Sequence record: CP021245.1
Direction: 5' to 3' (one strand)
Length of the DNA: 32,000 nucleotides
The position numbers were made by a program, and so were the translations under genes. Positions 21,723 through 32,000 of the stretch are shown piece by piece (position 1 is the first letter of the stretch; each line of letters starts with the position of its first letter). The notes under the pieces were generated by a model, which saw only the letters and a list, made by a program, of their open reading frames with translations, had not been told where the DNA came from and did not search any database.

Positions 21723-22683
21723 TTATTTATTATTATATTTATCATATTTTTGTAATAATTTATATTCAAATTTATATTTTATAGATGGAATAATATAATT
21801 TTTAATATTAGGATATAATAATTTAATAGATTTAACTTTAATATAAATAACATAATATGATTTATGTTTATGTAAAGTACAATCTAAATTAAATTTAATT
21901 TTTAAAATATTAATAAAATAAATTAATTCTTTAATAGTATATGATTGTAAATTTAATGTAATACCTCCACCTTTATTAAATGAACCATCTCCTATAATAA
22001 TATGAGCTAATGATTCATAATTTAATAAATCATATAAATCATTTGGTATAATTTTTACTCTACCATTATAAAAATGATGTCTTAATTTAGTAAAACAAGG
22101 TAAAGCTATAGTAGTTATTTCAACTCCATAATAAATTTTACCTTTTAATCTTTCCCCGCGGACTCCTCCCCTGGGATTACCAGGGGAGGAGCCGCGGGGT
22201 GTTTTAATTAATTTTGGAGGACTTACACAATAATGATTTAATTTATTATATACATATAAAACATATTCTACTTGTTTTAAAGTTTGTTTAAATTTTAATC
22301 TACTATTAATTAATGTATTTTTTGAACTATATTCAATTCAACCATCTGTTAATAAAATTCCATTAATTATATATATAATATTATTTGGAATTTTAATTAT
22401 ATATTTAATTATTATAGTATTATTATATTCTTTATTTATTAAATTTGAATATAAATTAGTACCATAAATTGTTAATTTTTTATTATAATAATTATTATTA
22501 TTATTATAAGAATTATAAGAATTATTATTATAAATCTTATTTATCCCCGCGGTCATGTTACCGATAACCGGTGACTGACCGCGGGGATTATTATTATTAT
22601 TATTATTATTATGATTATTATTAATATATATATATTTTATATATTTTTTGATCAACTTAATACTCTTGCTAAAGGAGTTTATT
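21723..22683 (-). CDS. intron-encoded double-motif LAGLIDADG protein, about 320 aa, in frame with exon 2
   Basis: The motifs are INGILLTDGWIEY and LAHIIIGDGSFNKGG. The ORF is open with TGA=Trp down to TAA at 21723-21725. Track ORF 22338..22655 is a fragment of it. It carries two in-frame GC clusters. Confidence 0.85.
22154..22199. repeat. 46-bp GC cluster translated within the intron 2 ORF, between the two LAGLIDADG motifs
   Basis: The sequence ccccgcggactcctcccctgggattaccaggggaggagccgcgggg encodes ..[17 protein letters not shown]... It belongs to the same family as the VAR1 cluster. Confidence 0.9.
22545..22586. repeat. 42-bp GC cluster translated within the intron 2 ORF, N-terminal region
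   Basis: The sequence ccccgcggtcatgttaccgataaccggtgactgaccgcgggg encodes N-PRGQSPVIGNMTAG-I and is flanked by poly-Asn. Confidence 0.9.
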
Positions 22684-23081
<398 letters not shown>

Positions 23082-23487
23082 TTATTATATCACCCATTGG
23101 TGAAGCAGTCTGTAGCGATCAGAATATATAATTATATATATTATAACCGACGGTCTAAATCTGAGAAATTGTTGACCGTACCACCAATGTTGCATTATAT
23201 AATATATATATAATACTAGAAAATAGTATATTTATCTCTTCTCCCCATATCTTCTTATCAGCTTAGCTGGGAAGAAGATATGGGGGGGGTATTAAAAAAG
23301 GTAAATCCCTTGGATGGTGTCCGAATAAGAGAATAATAAATATTTAGTCTCTTAATTTATATATATATATTAAGAGAGATATAATCTTTTTATTTTTCAT
23401 ATCAACATTGTTATATCTTTTCTAATTAACTTAAGTTAAACTATTTCCTTTGTTTCAATATTTTTTATTTATACTAATAAAATATGA

Positions 23488-24485
23488 TTATTTATTAATT
23501 AATTCCCTGCGCGACTCACCCAACCCTTTATGAGGGTCGGGTGATGTCGCGCAGGGTTTAGATATTTTTTTAATATATAATTTTTGTTCTTCATTTAAAG
23601 GTTTATTTTGTTTATAATAATTTATTACATGAATAAATTTATCTAAACTATTAGATTTATCAGATAATAAAGGATATTCTTTAAAATAATTTAAAATAAA
23701 AATACAATTATTTAATCCTGAAATTCATAATTGTCAATTATCATCTTTAGAATTAGAATAAACTTTACCAATATTTTTTTCACTATTAATGTTATATAAT
23801 GAATTAGTATTAGATTTATCAATAAATAAATTTAAAATATGTTCTAATACATATTTATTAACAATATGTTTTTGACTTAATGCATATAAAAATCTAGGTG
23901 TATTTTTATTATCTTTTAAAGAAATATCAAAACAACCTTCAGCATCAGTAAATCCAGATAATCAATAATCATTTAAAGTAGGTAATTTACAATAATTTTT
24001 TAAAATAATTATAGGTTCATTATTTTTTAATAATTTTTCATTTAATTTAGCTAAAAAAATTATAAATTTACCATATCTAGTAGGTAATACTAAATTACCA
24101 TTAAAAATTAATGATAATAAATAAATATCTCTTCTTTTATGTACTACTCATCTATATGTTATATCTTTTTTAGATTGTAAAATTACATCTCCTATATTAA
24201 AATTATTTTTAATATAATTTAAAATTTTTATATCTTTAGAAGTTACAACAACAGAAATATCACTTCTTTTTATTAAAATAAATGAACCTTTACCTTCAAA
24301 AAATCCTACAAATCATTCTAAAAATTTTTGATCAGGAACAGAATTTATAGGTTTAAATTCTTTATATTTTAAATTAAATTCATCAAAATAAAATTTATCT
24401 TGATTAAATTCTAAATTTTTAAATGAAGATAATCATAAATTAATATTATATTTATAATCATAAATTACTATATAAAATGGCATAG
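23488..24485 (-). CDS. intron-encoded double-motif LAGLIDADG protein, about 331 aa, in frame with exon 1
   Basis: The motifs are [17 protein letters not shown] and [17 protein letters not shown]. The ORF is open with TGA=Trp. Its last roughly 24 codons run through the GC cluster at 23505-23556 to TAA at 23488-23490. Confidence 0.87.
23505..23556. repeat. 52-bp GC cluster forming the C-terminal coding end of the intron 1 ORF
   Basis: The sequence ccctgcgcgactcacccaaccctttatgagggtcgggtgatgtcgcgcaggg encodes ..[23 protein letters not shown]. Confidence 0.9.
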
Positions 24486-25194
24486 AAAACAAATGTTGGT
24501 ATAAAACAGGGTCACCACCACCTGCTACTTCGAAGAATGAAGTATTGAAGTTTCTATCTAATAATAACATTGTAACACCTGCTGATAATACAGGTAATGA
24601 TAATAATAATAAGAATGCTGTAATGAAAATAGATCATACAAATAATGGTAATCTATGCATTGTCATACCATTTGTTCTCATATTTAATGTTGTTACAATG
24701 AAATTAATAGCACCTAATAATGATGAAATAGATGTTAAATGTAAAGCAAAAATTGCTAAATCAACACTAGGTCCTGAATGTGCTTGAATTGATGATAATG
24801 GAGGATATACAGTTCATCCAGTACCTGCACCAGATTCTACTAATGTAGAAGTTACTAAACATACTAAAGCAGGTGGTAAACATCAGAATGAAATATTATT
24901 TAATCTTGCAAAAGACATATCTGATGCTCCAATTAATAAAGGTAACATATAGTTACCAAAACCACCAATTAATGCCGGCATTACTAAGAAGAAAATTATT
25001 AAGACCGCATGCCCAACTACTAAGACATTAAATAATTGATGATTTCCGCTTAAAACTTGATTACCTGGTGCGGCTAACTCTAATCTAATGATTAAAGACA
25101 TGGCAGTACCTGCCATACCACAGAAAATAGCAAAGATAAAGTATAAAACAGCAATATCTTTAGCATTTGTAGAATATAATCATCTTTCGATCAT
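24486..25194 (-). CDS. cox1: cytochrome c oxidase subunit 1, exon 1
   Basis: The exon translates from [64 protein letters not shown] to ...[27 protein letters not shown]. Track ORF 24883..25116 is a fragment of it. Confidence 0.96.
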
Positions 25195-25470
25195 TAATTT
25201 ATTTTTATAATTATTATATTATATTTAAAATATATAATATAATAAACTATTATTATTAGTTATATTTACCCGCGGCTCCCCCCCTGAAGGGGGGGGGAGC
25301 CGCGGGATTAGTATGTAATATACATTATGTTTTTTATTATTAATTAATTAATTAGTTATATATAATTATTATTATAATTATATAATTATAGATAAATTCT
25401 TGACCCCCGCGCTCCTTCCCATCCCTTTATGGGATGGGAAGGGAGCGCGGGGGATAAATAAGTTTTATCT

Positions 25471-25479
25471 TACTTATAT
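25471..25479 (-). promoter_or_regulatory. promoter nonamer ATATAAGTA upstream of cox1 (probably the cox1-atp8-atp6 unit)
   Basis: The plus strand reads tacttatat, 277 nt upstream of the cox1 ATG. No nonamer was found between cox1, atp8 and atp6. Confidence 0.65.
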
Positions 25480-26351
25480 ATAATTTATATATATAAAAAT
25501 ATATAAATTTACCAATTTACTATGCAGATCGGTAAAAATATACATTTCCCCGCGGTTTCACCCCCCCCTTAAAGGGGTGGGGAGGAACCGCGGGGGTTAT
25601 ATTAATTAATTTAATAGATATTATGTGAATAGTCGGAATAATTATTCTATTAATATATAATAAGCCTCTTAAAGAAAAATATTATTCTAATTATATTAAT
25701 AATAAAAAATAAATAAATATATTAGGTAGGGCTTATTTCCCACCATATGGTGGGAAATAAGCCCCCCTCATTAGTATTATTTTATATAATAAATAATAAT
25801 ATTATAAATAAATATAATATATAATTATATTAAAATATATATATGTATATTAATCCGCGCCTCATCCTTTATAATGGATGAGGCGCGGATAATACTTTTC
25901 CCGCGGACTCCTTTAAAGGAGTCCGCGGGGTTTATTATTAATATTATAATATATAATAAATAAGAATTACCCCGCGGCTCATCACCCTACATTCGTAGGG
26001 TGAGAGACCGCGGGGGAAAAATATTATTATAATAATTAATTATTATAATAATGGTTATCCTAAATTTATTACTCCCTACTCCCCCCCTTCAATATCTGCG
26101 CACCAATCGTGTGCGACAGGAAGGGGGGGGAGTATAGCATGAGATCAATAAATTATTTTTATACTCTTATTTATATATAATTATTATTATATTTAAAAAT
26201 ATAATATAATATAATATAATATAATATAATAATTCCGCGGATTCATAACATGAATCCGCGGGATATAAAATAAGTAAGAATCCCCGTCTCCTTGTGGGTC
26301 GGGAAGGTGACCGTGGGGAAACCCCTAATAATATTGTAGGGTTTGCAGGGA

Positions 26352-26363
26352 AAGAATATTATT
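26352..26363 (-). promoter_or_regulatory. exact dodecamer AATAATATTCTT (3' end-processing signal) downstream of cox2
   Basis: The plus strand reads aagaatattatt, 32 nt beyond the cox2 stop. It matches the S. cerevisiae dodecamer 12/12. Confidence 0.65.
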
Positions 26364-26394
26364 ATATATAATTTATTAATTATAAATTATATAA

Positions 26395-27138
26395 TTATTG
26401 TTCATTTAATCATTCTAAGAATGCTGGTAATGAAACTGCTTCAATTTTAATAGGCATAGCTGAATGTGATTGTCCACAAATTTCTGAACATTGTCCATAG
26501 AATACACCTTCTCTTTGAATTAAAGCTGATACTTGATTTAATCTACCAGGAGCTGCATCAATTTTAATACCTAAACTAGGTACAGCAAAATCATGAATAA
26601 CATCAGCTGCTGTAACAACAAATCTAATATGTGTATCAACAGGTACTACTACTGAAGTATCAGTATCTAATAATCTTAATTGACCATCTTCTAATAAATC
26701 TTCAGGAATAACATATGATTCAAATTCTACTGTTTCACCATTATCATTAATGAAATCTGAGTATTCATATTTTCAATATCATTGTAAACCAATAGCTTTA
26801 ATAGTCATTGCTGGAGAAATAACTTCATCACATAAATATAATAAAATGAATGAAGGGAAAGCAATAATTAATAAAATTACAGCAGGGAAAATTGTTCAAA
26901 TAATTTCAATAGTTTGACCATGTTTAATATATTTATAAGCAATAGGATTTTTACTATAAGTTCTTACAATTGTAAATAATAATCATGATACTAATCCTAA
27001 AATAATAAATAAATAGAACATAATATTATCATGTAATTCTAAAATACCTTCTTGATTAGGTGTAGCTGAATCTTGGAAATACATACCATAAGGTGTAGGT
27101 ACATCATTCATAATAATTGAATTTAATAAATAAAACAT
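26395..27138 (-). CDS. cox2: cytochrome c oxidase subunit 2, 247 aa
   Basis: The N-terminus is [38 protein letters not shown]. The sequence continues ...[33 protein letters not shown]. It is continuous with TGA=Trp and the frame was checked modulo 3. Confidence 0.97.
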
Positions 27139-27362
27139 ATTTATAATTTTTTTTAATCTATATATATTCTATATATTAGATATTACATTGATTAATATAT
27201 TATTCTCCCGCGAACTCATCCAACTAATGTTTTGATGAGTTCGCAATTAGGAAAAAAACTTATTAATAATAAATTATTATAAATAATTATAATAATATTA
27301 AATAAGTATATTGATATATTATTATTAAATTTTTATATTTTAATTGATATATTTAATATATA

Positions 27363-27434
27363 TTAGAGATACGAGATTTGAACTCATGTCCTTCGCGTGT
27401 AAAACGAATGCTCTGCCAATTAAGCTAATCTCTA
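27363..27434 (-). tRNA. trnV: tRNA-Val (anticodon UAC)
   Basis: The rc has acceptor TAGAGAT/ATCTCTA and D arm GCTT-AATTGGCA-GAGC. The anticodon arm is TTCGT-TTTACAC-GCGAA and the T arm is ATGAG-TTCAAAT-CTCGT. Confidence 0.9.
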
Positions 27435-27461
27435 TTATTATTATTATAATAATATTATACT

Positions 27462-27470
27462 TACTTATAT
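27462..27470 (-). promoter_or_regulatory. promoter nonamer ATATAAGTA upstream of trnV-cox2
   Basis: The plus strand reads tacttatat, 28 nt upstream of the trnV 5' end. Confidence 0.65.
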
Positions 27471-28139
27471 CTATATAATAATATTATATAATAATTATTA
27501 TAAATTCCCCCAATTGCGTATTCCTCCCCACCCCCCTTAAAGGGGGTGGGGTTTATTAATTATATTAACTCCGGGGACTCTTCCCAGGTATACACCTTAT
27601 GGGAAGGAGTCCCCGGGAGAAGAGTATATAAAATTATTTATACACCCCGCGGCTTATTCCCTGGAATTCCAGGGAATAAGTCCGCGGGAAAAGTATTATA
27701 AATAAATTAATAAATAAATAAATAAATAAATAAATAAATTATTAATACTAATAATAAGTATTATACCCCGCGGTTTATCCTTCATATGAAGGATAAACCG
27801 CGGAAATTATTAATATATATATATAATATATTATATATATATTTTTATAGATATAGTAATTATATTTAATATATATAATTATATTAATTAATAATTATTA
27901 TTATATAATTCCCATATAAATGTAACTCATCCAACCAAAGGGTTAATATATACCCGATTTTCATAGGATAAAAATCGGGAATTATTATTATATTCCCCGC
28001 GGATCATCATACAGAGTATGATGATCCGCGGGATATCTCAAAAGTATATTAAAATATATTATATATAAAACCTCCAGAATATTATAACTTACCCCTCCTC
28101 CATATTATATGGAGGAGGGGGGTTATATATCTATATATT

Positions 28140-28186
28140 CCCCGCGGCTCCTCCACGACTAACGTCGTAGAGAAGGCCGCGGGGCC
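28140..28186. repeat. 47-bp GC cluster, an exact inverted copy of the rns cluster at 8763-8809
   Basis: The sequence is ccccgcggctcctccacgactaacgtcgtagagaaggccgcggggcc. Confidence 0.9.
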
Positions 28187-28578
28187 TGAATATAAATATT
28201 ATTATTAATATTATTATATAATTTAATATTTATTATAAATAATTATATCAACCCGCGGATTCTTCCCCGGTGTACACCGGGGAAGAATCCGCGGGAAAAT
28301 GTATATTATATATTTATTTATATATAAAATTAATAATATAAAATTAATTTTTATTAGTATTTAGAGGTCCTTAAGGAAATAGTAAGGAGAACGCGGGAAA
28401 GATATATATTAATTTATTATATATTATAAAATATTTATATTTTTACCCCCCCCTTCATATAATATGAAGGGGGGATTATATGTATATATTAATTTATTAT
28501 ATATTATATAATTATATAATTATAATATAAAGAAAGAAGCCCCACGCGGCATTACCCTAGGGTAATGCCGCGTGGGGG

Positions 28579-28590
28579 AAGAATATTGAT
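28579..28590 (-). promoter_or_regulatory. dodecamer-like 3' motif ATCAATATTCTT downstream of var1
   Basis: The plus strand reads aagaatattgat, 29 nt beyond the var1 stop. It is the same 12-mer as downstream of cob. Confidence 0.5.
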
Positions 28591-28618
28591 TATTTATTTA
28601 TTATTATTAATTAATAAA

Positions 28619-29770
28619 TTAAATAGTATTTAATTTAACTTTAATATTATATTTACCATTTTTATTAACATCAGAAATATTAGTAATATTATGGTTAACA
28701 GGGATATAATTTAATTTATAATTATTAACCATTTGATTACCTCAAATATATTTATAGTTTTGGAATGTACCATTTAAAATATTCATTGTATTAGATCTAG
28801 AAATAGATTTATTATTAGATAATCTACCTTTTAATTGAATTGATCATCCTACTAAATATTTAAACATTAAAATATTATTAGGGATAGTATTAATATTATT
28901 ATTTTCATAAATAATATTATATAATTTCCCCGCGGCTCCTCCCCTGGGATTACCAGGAGAGGAGTCCGCGGGGTTATTATTATTATTATTATTAATTGAT
29001 TTAATAATATTATTATATTTATTAAACATAATATTATTAATATTATTAATATATGTTTGACTAATTAATTTATCATTTAATTTAGGCATATTATTCATTA
29101 AATTTTTAATTCTATTCATTGATAAACTTCTTTTAGAAGATGAATTCATAATTTTTAATGATTTAGCTAAAATATCACTATTCATATAATTATATTTTAA
29201 TTGAATAGGTTCAAATGATACATCTTTATTATAATATAATGATAAAATATTACTAATACTATTAATGTTATTATTTAATAAATTAATTAATTTACTATTA
29301 ATATTAAATTTATAATTACTATAAATATTATTAATTAAATTATTGTTATTATTAATATTTTTATTAATATTTTTATATGATAAATAATAGAAAAATTTAA
29401 TATTAACTTTATTAATACTATGTTCAAAGATAGGTTTAGAAATAATTAATTTATAAATTTTATTATTAATATTTAATACTAATAATTTTGTTAATAATTT
29501 AGTTACTAATCTATCATAAATAGTATTATTAATTTCTTCAGTTTTATTAAATTTATAAATTTGAGATGATCAAGAATTAATATTATTTAAATGTTGTAAT
29601 TTTACACCTTTATTACTTAATTCATTTAAATAATCTCAAATATAAGTTTTATTTAAAGATCTATTTAATCTTTTATTATTTAATAATAATAATAATTCTT
29701 TTATAGAATTTAAATTGTTTATATTATTAATATTTTTAATAATATTTAAATTTGTTGTATGTTTATTCAT
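28619..29770 (-). CDS. var1: mitochondrial ribosomal protein Var1 / uS3m, 383 aa, extremely Asn/Ile/Lys-rich
   Basis: The ORF begins [16 protein letters not shown] and is continuous with TGA=Trp. Its C-terminal part is ..[82 protein letters not shown]. That part aligns by eye with S. cerevisiae Var1. Track ORF 28844..29185 is a fragment of it. Confidence 0.92.
28928..28973. repeat. 46-bp GC cluster translated in frame inside var1
   Basis: The sequence ccccgcggctcctcccctgggattaccaggagaggagtccgcgggg encodes [26 protein letters not shown]. Confidence 0.92.
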
Positions 29771-29877
29771 TGTATTTATATTTATTTATATATATTGATC
29801 GTATAATATATATATATAAAACTATATATATATTATTATTAAATTATTAAAAAATTTAACATGTTTATTATATTTAC

Positions 29878-29886
29878 TACTTATAA
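29878..29886 (-). promoter_or_regulatory. promoter-like nonamer TTATAAGTA upstream of var1
   Basis: The plus strand reads tacttataa, 108 nt upstream of the var1 ATG. Confidence 0.5.
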
Positions 29887-30124
29887 ATATAAAATAAAAT
29901 ATTTATTATATATTTTATAAATTATGTATATTCCGCGATATCATCATATGATGATATCGCGGGAAAGAGATAAATTCCCGCGGATCCTCTACTGGTAATA
30001 CCAGTAGAGGATCCGCGGGGTAAGATAATATATTCTATTTATAATTATTATTAAAGAGATAATCTATTTTATTTCCCCCCCCCCCAATCTCATATTATGA
30101 GATTGGGGGGAATCGATATATAAA

Positions 30125-30171
30125 CCCCGGACGCCATCGTCCGACCGTAGGGTCGGACGAGGCGTCCGGGG
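30125..30171. repeat. 47-bp CCGG-type GC cluster, reverse orientation
   Basis: The sequence is ccccggacgccatcgtccgaccgtagggtcggacgaggcgtccgggg. Its rc is identical to the copy at 9832-9878. Confidence 0.9.
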
Positions 30172-30370
30172 AATTGTATTTATTTATATAGATCTATTAT
30201 ATATAATAATATAATTATTAATCGCCAAATACCCCTATTATAGGGGTATTTGGCGATACTAGATATATATTTAATATTACTAATAATATACTATATATAA
30301 ATAGTTTTCATAATTAACTTTTCCCCATTGCGGACTCCTCCCTTCGGGGGGGGGGAGTCCGCAATGGGGT

Positions 30371-30379
30371 TTATAAGTA
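30371..30379 (+). promoter_or_regulatory. promoter-like nonamer TTATAAGTA upstream of cox3
   Basis: The plus strand reads ttataagta, 139 nt upstream of the cox3 ATG. It is divergent from the var1 nonamer. Confidence 0.55.
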
Positions 30380-30517
30380 AGTATAATATAATAATAATTA
30401 TATTAAAATATAAATATTATCATATATATATATATTATATATATATATTAAGTAATATTATTTCTATAAATTAAATTAACATTTAAATTTATAAATGTAT
30501 AGATTATAAAAATATTT

Positions 30518-31327
30518 ATGACACATTTAGAAAGAAGTAGACATCAACAATTTCCCTTTCATTTAGTAGCTCCATCACCATGACCAATTGTAGTATCATT
30601 TGCATTAATGTCATTAGCATTATCATTAGCTTTAACTATGCATGGATATATTGGACATATGTATTTAATTTATTTATCAATTTTAACAGTAACATTAAGT
30701 GCTACATTATGATTTAGAGATATTATTGCTGAAGCAACATATTTAGGAGATCATACAATTGCTGTTAGAAAAGGTATTAATTTAGGTTTCTTATTATTCG
30801 TAGTATCAGAAATTTTAATTTTCGCTGCATTATTCTGAGCTTATTTCCATTCAGCTATGAGCCCTAATATTGAATTAGGTGGTGTATGACCTCCAGTTGG
30901 TATTCAAGCTGTACAACCTACAGAATTACCTTTATTAAATACTATTATCTTATTATCTTCAGGTGCTACTATTACATATAGTCATCATGGATTAGTAGGT
31001 GGTAATAGAAAAAATGCATTATCAGGATTATTAATTACATTCTGATTAATTGTTATTTTTGTTACTTGTCAATATATCGAATATACTAATGCTACTTTCA
31101 CAATTACTGATGGTGTATATGGATCAGTATTCTATGCTGGTACAGGATTACATTTCTTACATATGGTTATGTTAGCAGCAATGTTAGGTATTAATTATTG
31201 AAGATTAAGAAACTATCATTTAACAGCTACTCATCATGTAGGTTATGAAACAACAGTGTTGTACTGCCATATTTTAGATATCATTTGATTATTCTTATAT
31301 ATTGTATTCTACTGATGAGGTGTATAA
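30518..31327 (+). CDS. cox3: cytochrome c oxidase subunit 3, 269 aa
   Basis: The sequence begins [50 protein letters not shown] and ends ...[31 protein letters not shown]. It has the same length as S. cerevisiae Cox3 and is near-colinear with it. Several in-frame TGA codons fall at conserved Trp positions. Confidence 0.97.
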
Positions 31328-31351
31328 CTCATCAGTACAATATATAAGAAT
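31291..31351 (+). promoter_or_regulatory. hairpin pairing the last 10 cox3 codons with the first 24 nt of the 3' UTR; the stop codon lies in the loop
   Basis: The left arm is attcttatatattgta[ttcta]ctgatgag (31291-31319) and the loop is gtgtaTAA. The right arm is ctcatcagtacaatatataagaat (31328-31351). This gives 16 + 8 bp with a 5-nt bulge. Confidence 0.6.
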
Positions 31352-31361
31352 ATCTTTAAAC

Positions 31362-31373
31362 AATAATATTCTT
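31362..31373 (+). promoter_or_regulatory. exact dodecamer AATAATATTCTT (3' end-processing signal) downstream of cox3
   Basis: The plus strand reads aataatattctt, 35 nt beyond the cox3 stop. Confidence 0.65.
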
Positions 31374-31430
31374 ACCTTTTTTATATTAAATATATAAATA
31401 AATATATAATATAATATTAATATAATACTA

Positions 31431-31439
31431 TTATAAGTA
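31431..31439 (+). promoter_or_regulatory. promoter-like nonamer TTATAAGTA, possibly driving plus-strand genes beyond the window
   Basis: The plus strand reads ttataagta. No gene is visible downstream before the window ends. Confidence 0.3.
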
Positions 31440-31813
31440 TTGCCCGCGGCAATCCTAAATAGGATTGCCGCGGGATTAGAACTACCCGTGGCACCTCCCC
31501 GGTGTATACCGGGGAGGTGCCACGGGAAATATATTATAATATATATAGTATATATATATTCATTTTTAAGAATATTAATTATATATAATAATATAAATAA
31601 ATAATTATAATATAATTATATAATATCTCCGCGGATTCCTTAAAAGGAATCCGCGGATTATCAACCCCGCGGCTCGTCCCCGGAATACCCCGGGGACGAG
31701 TCCGCAATTGGGGGAAATATAATAATTTATCTGTAAATGCATTTTTTCTTATTTATATTTTATTATGAATATAAAAAATAAGAATACTAACTTTTATATA
31801 TTTAATATATAAA

Positions 31814-31834
31814 CCCCAGACGAGGCGTTCGGGG
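31814..31834. repeat. 21-bp internally deleted derivative of the 47-bp CCGG-type cluster
   Basis: The sequence is ccccagacgaggcgttcgggg. It corresponds to ccccggacg + aggcgtccgggg of the 30125-type copy, with the segment between the two GGACG repeats removed and two substitutions. Confidence 0.6.
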
Positions 31835-31947
31835 CAATTTAAAATAACCCCGCGGACTTCTCTCCTGGTATACCAGGAGAGAAGTCCGCGGGAAATTATA
31901 TATATATATCCATTATATATAATCTATTATAATAATATAAATAATTT

Positions 31948-31994
31948 CCCCGGACGCCTCGTCCGACCCTAGGGTCGGACGATGGCGTCCGGGG
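31948..31994. repeat. 47-bp CCGG-type GC cluster, forward orientation
   Basis: The sequence is ccccggacgcctcgtccgaccctagggtcggacgatggcgtccgggg. Confidence 0.9.
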
Positions 31995-32000
31995 TTTATA

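Larger units (their letters stand above)
21223..22683 (-). mobile_element. cox1 intron 2, group I, within ..IKIFSWL|ATIYGG..
   Basis: The junction TGATT|A GCA ACA restores the conserved FSWLATI. The 5' exon ends in T and the intron ends in G (..AAATAAG). The boundary is ambiguous by 1 nt. Confidence 0.85.
25195..26394. repeat. cox2-cox1 spacer with about 10 GC clusters and an (ATAAT)6 microsatellite at 26201-26230
   Basis: Clusters read directly lie near 25270-25308, 25405-25452, 25546-25597, 25732-25768 and 25855-25889. Others lie near 25900-25930, 25971-26017, 26065-26140, 26234-26264 and 26282-26330. Confidence 0.85.
27471..28618. repeat. var1-trnV spacer with about 11 GC clusters and a (TAAA)7 microsatellite at 27711-27738
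   Basis: Clusters read directly lie near 27570-27616, 27646-27689, 27766-27804, 27953-27980 and 27995-28032. Others lie near 28091-28122, 28140-28186, 28253-28306, 28446-28477 and 28541-28577. Confidence 0.85.

Noticed and set aside
24545-24787. 80-aa plus-strand track ORF
   Set aside because: It is antisense to the highly conserved cox1 exon 1.

Overview
This window is strongly AT-rich yeast (Saccharomycetaceae-type) mitochondrial DNA. In-frame TGA falls at conserved Trp positions in every protein gene, and a tRNA-Trp(UCA) is present, so translation table 3 or 4 applies. The six-frame track therefore splits real genes at TGA. On the minus strand, from high to low coordinates, I find: var1/rps3, trnV, cox2, cox1 (4 exons, 3 group I introns each with an in-frame LAGLIDADG ORF), atp8, atp6, trnT, trnE, cob, rns (15S), trnW, trnC, trnM (initiator-like), a candidate minimal RNase P RNA, trnP, and rnl (21S) with an ORF-less omega-site group I intron. 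cox3 is the only plus-strand gene. atp9 and most tRNAs are absent, so the genome extends beyond the window. Yeast-type promoter nonamers (ATATAAGTA / TTATAAGTA) precede the transcription units. An AATATTCTT-core 3' motif follows every protein-coding unit, except that atp8 has none of its own and appears co-transcribed with atp6. The dominant accessory signal is about 150 (by-eye count) palindromic GC clusters of 20-70 bp, mostly with CCCCGCGG...CCGCGGGG or CCCCGG...CCGGGG ends, falling into recognisable families. They fill the intergenic DNA. They also sit inside both rRNA genes, inside group I introns (one ends 3 nt from a 3' splice site), and in frame inside VAR1 and all three intron endonuclease ORFs. 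Secondary observations are listed under findings: a segmental duplication giving a filled-versus-approximately-empty site, a local burst of one cluster family in a 3.3-kb gene desert, inverted cluster copies bracketing cox3, a hairpin at the cox3 stop codon, and a palindromised duplicate of the tRNA-Pro 3' half. I see no evidence of a non-mitochondrial or prokaryote-style system. All coordinates were derived by hand. rRNA ends and cluster boundaries are approximate.
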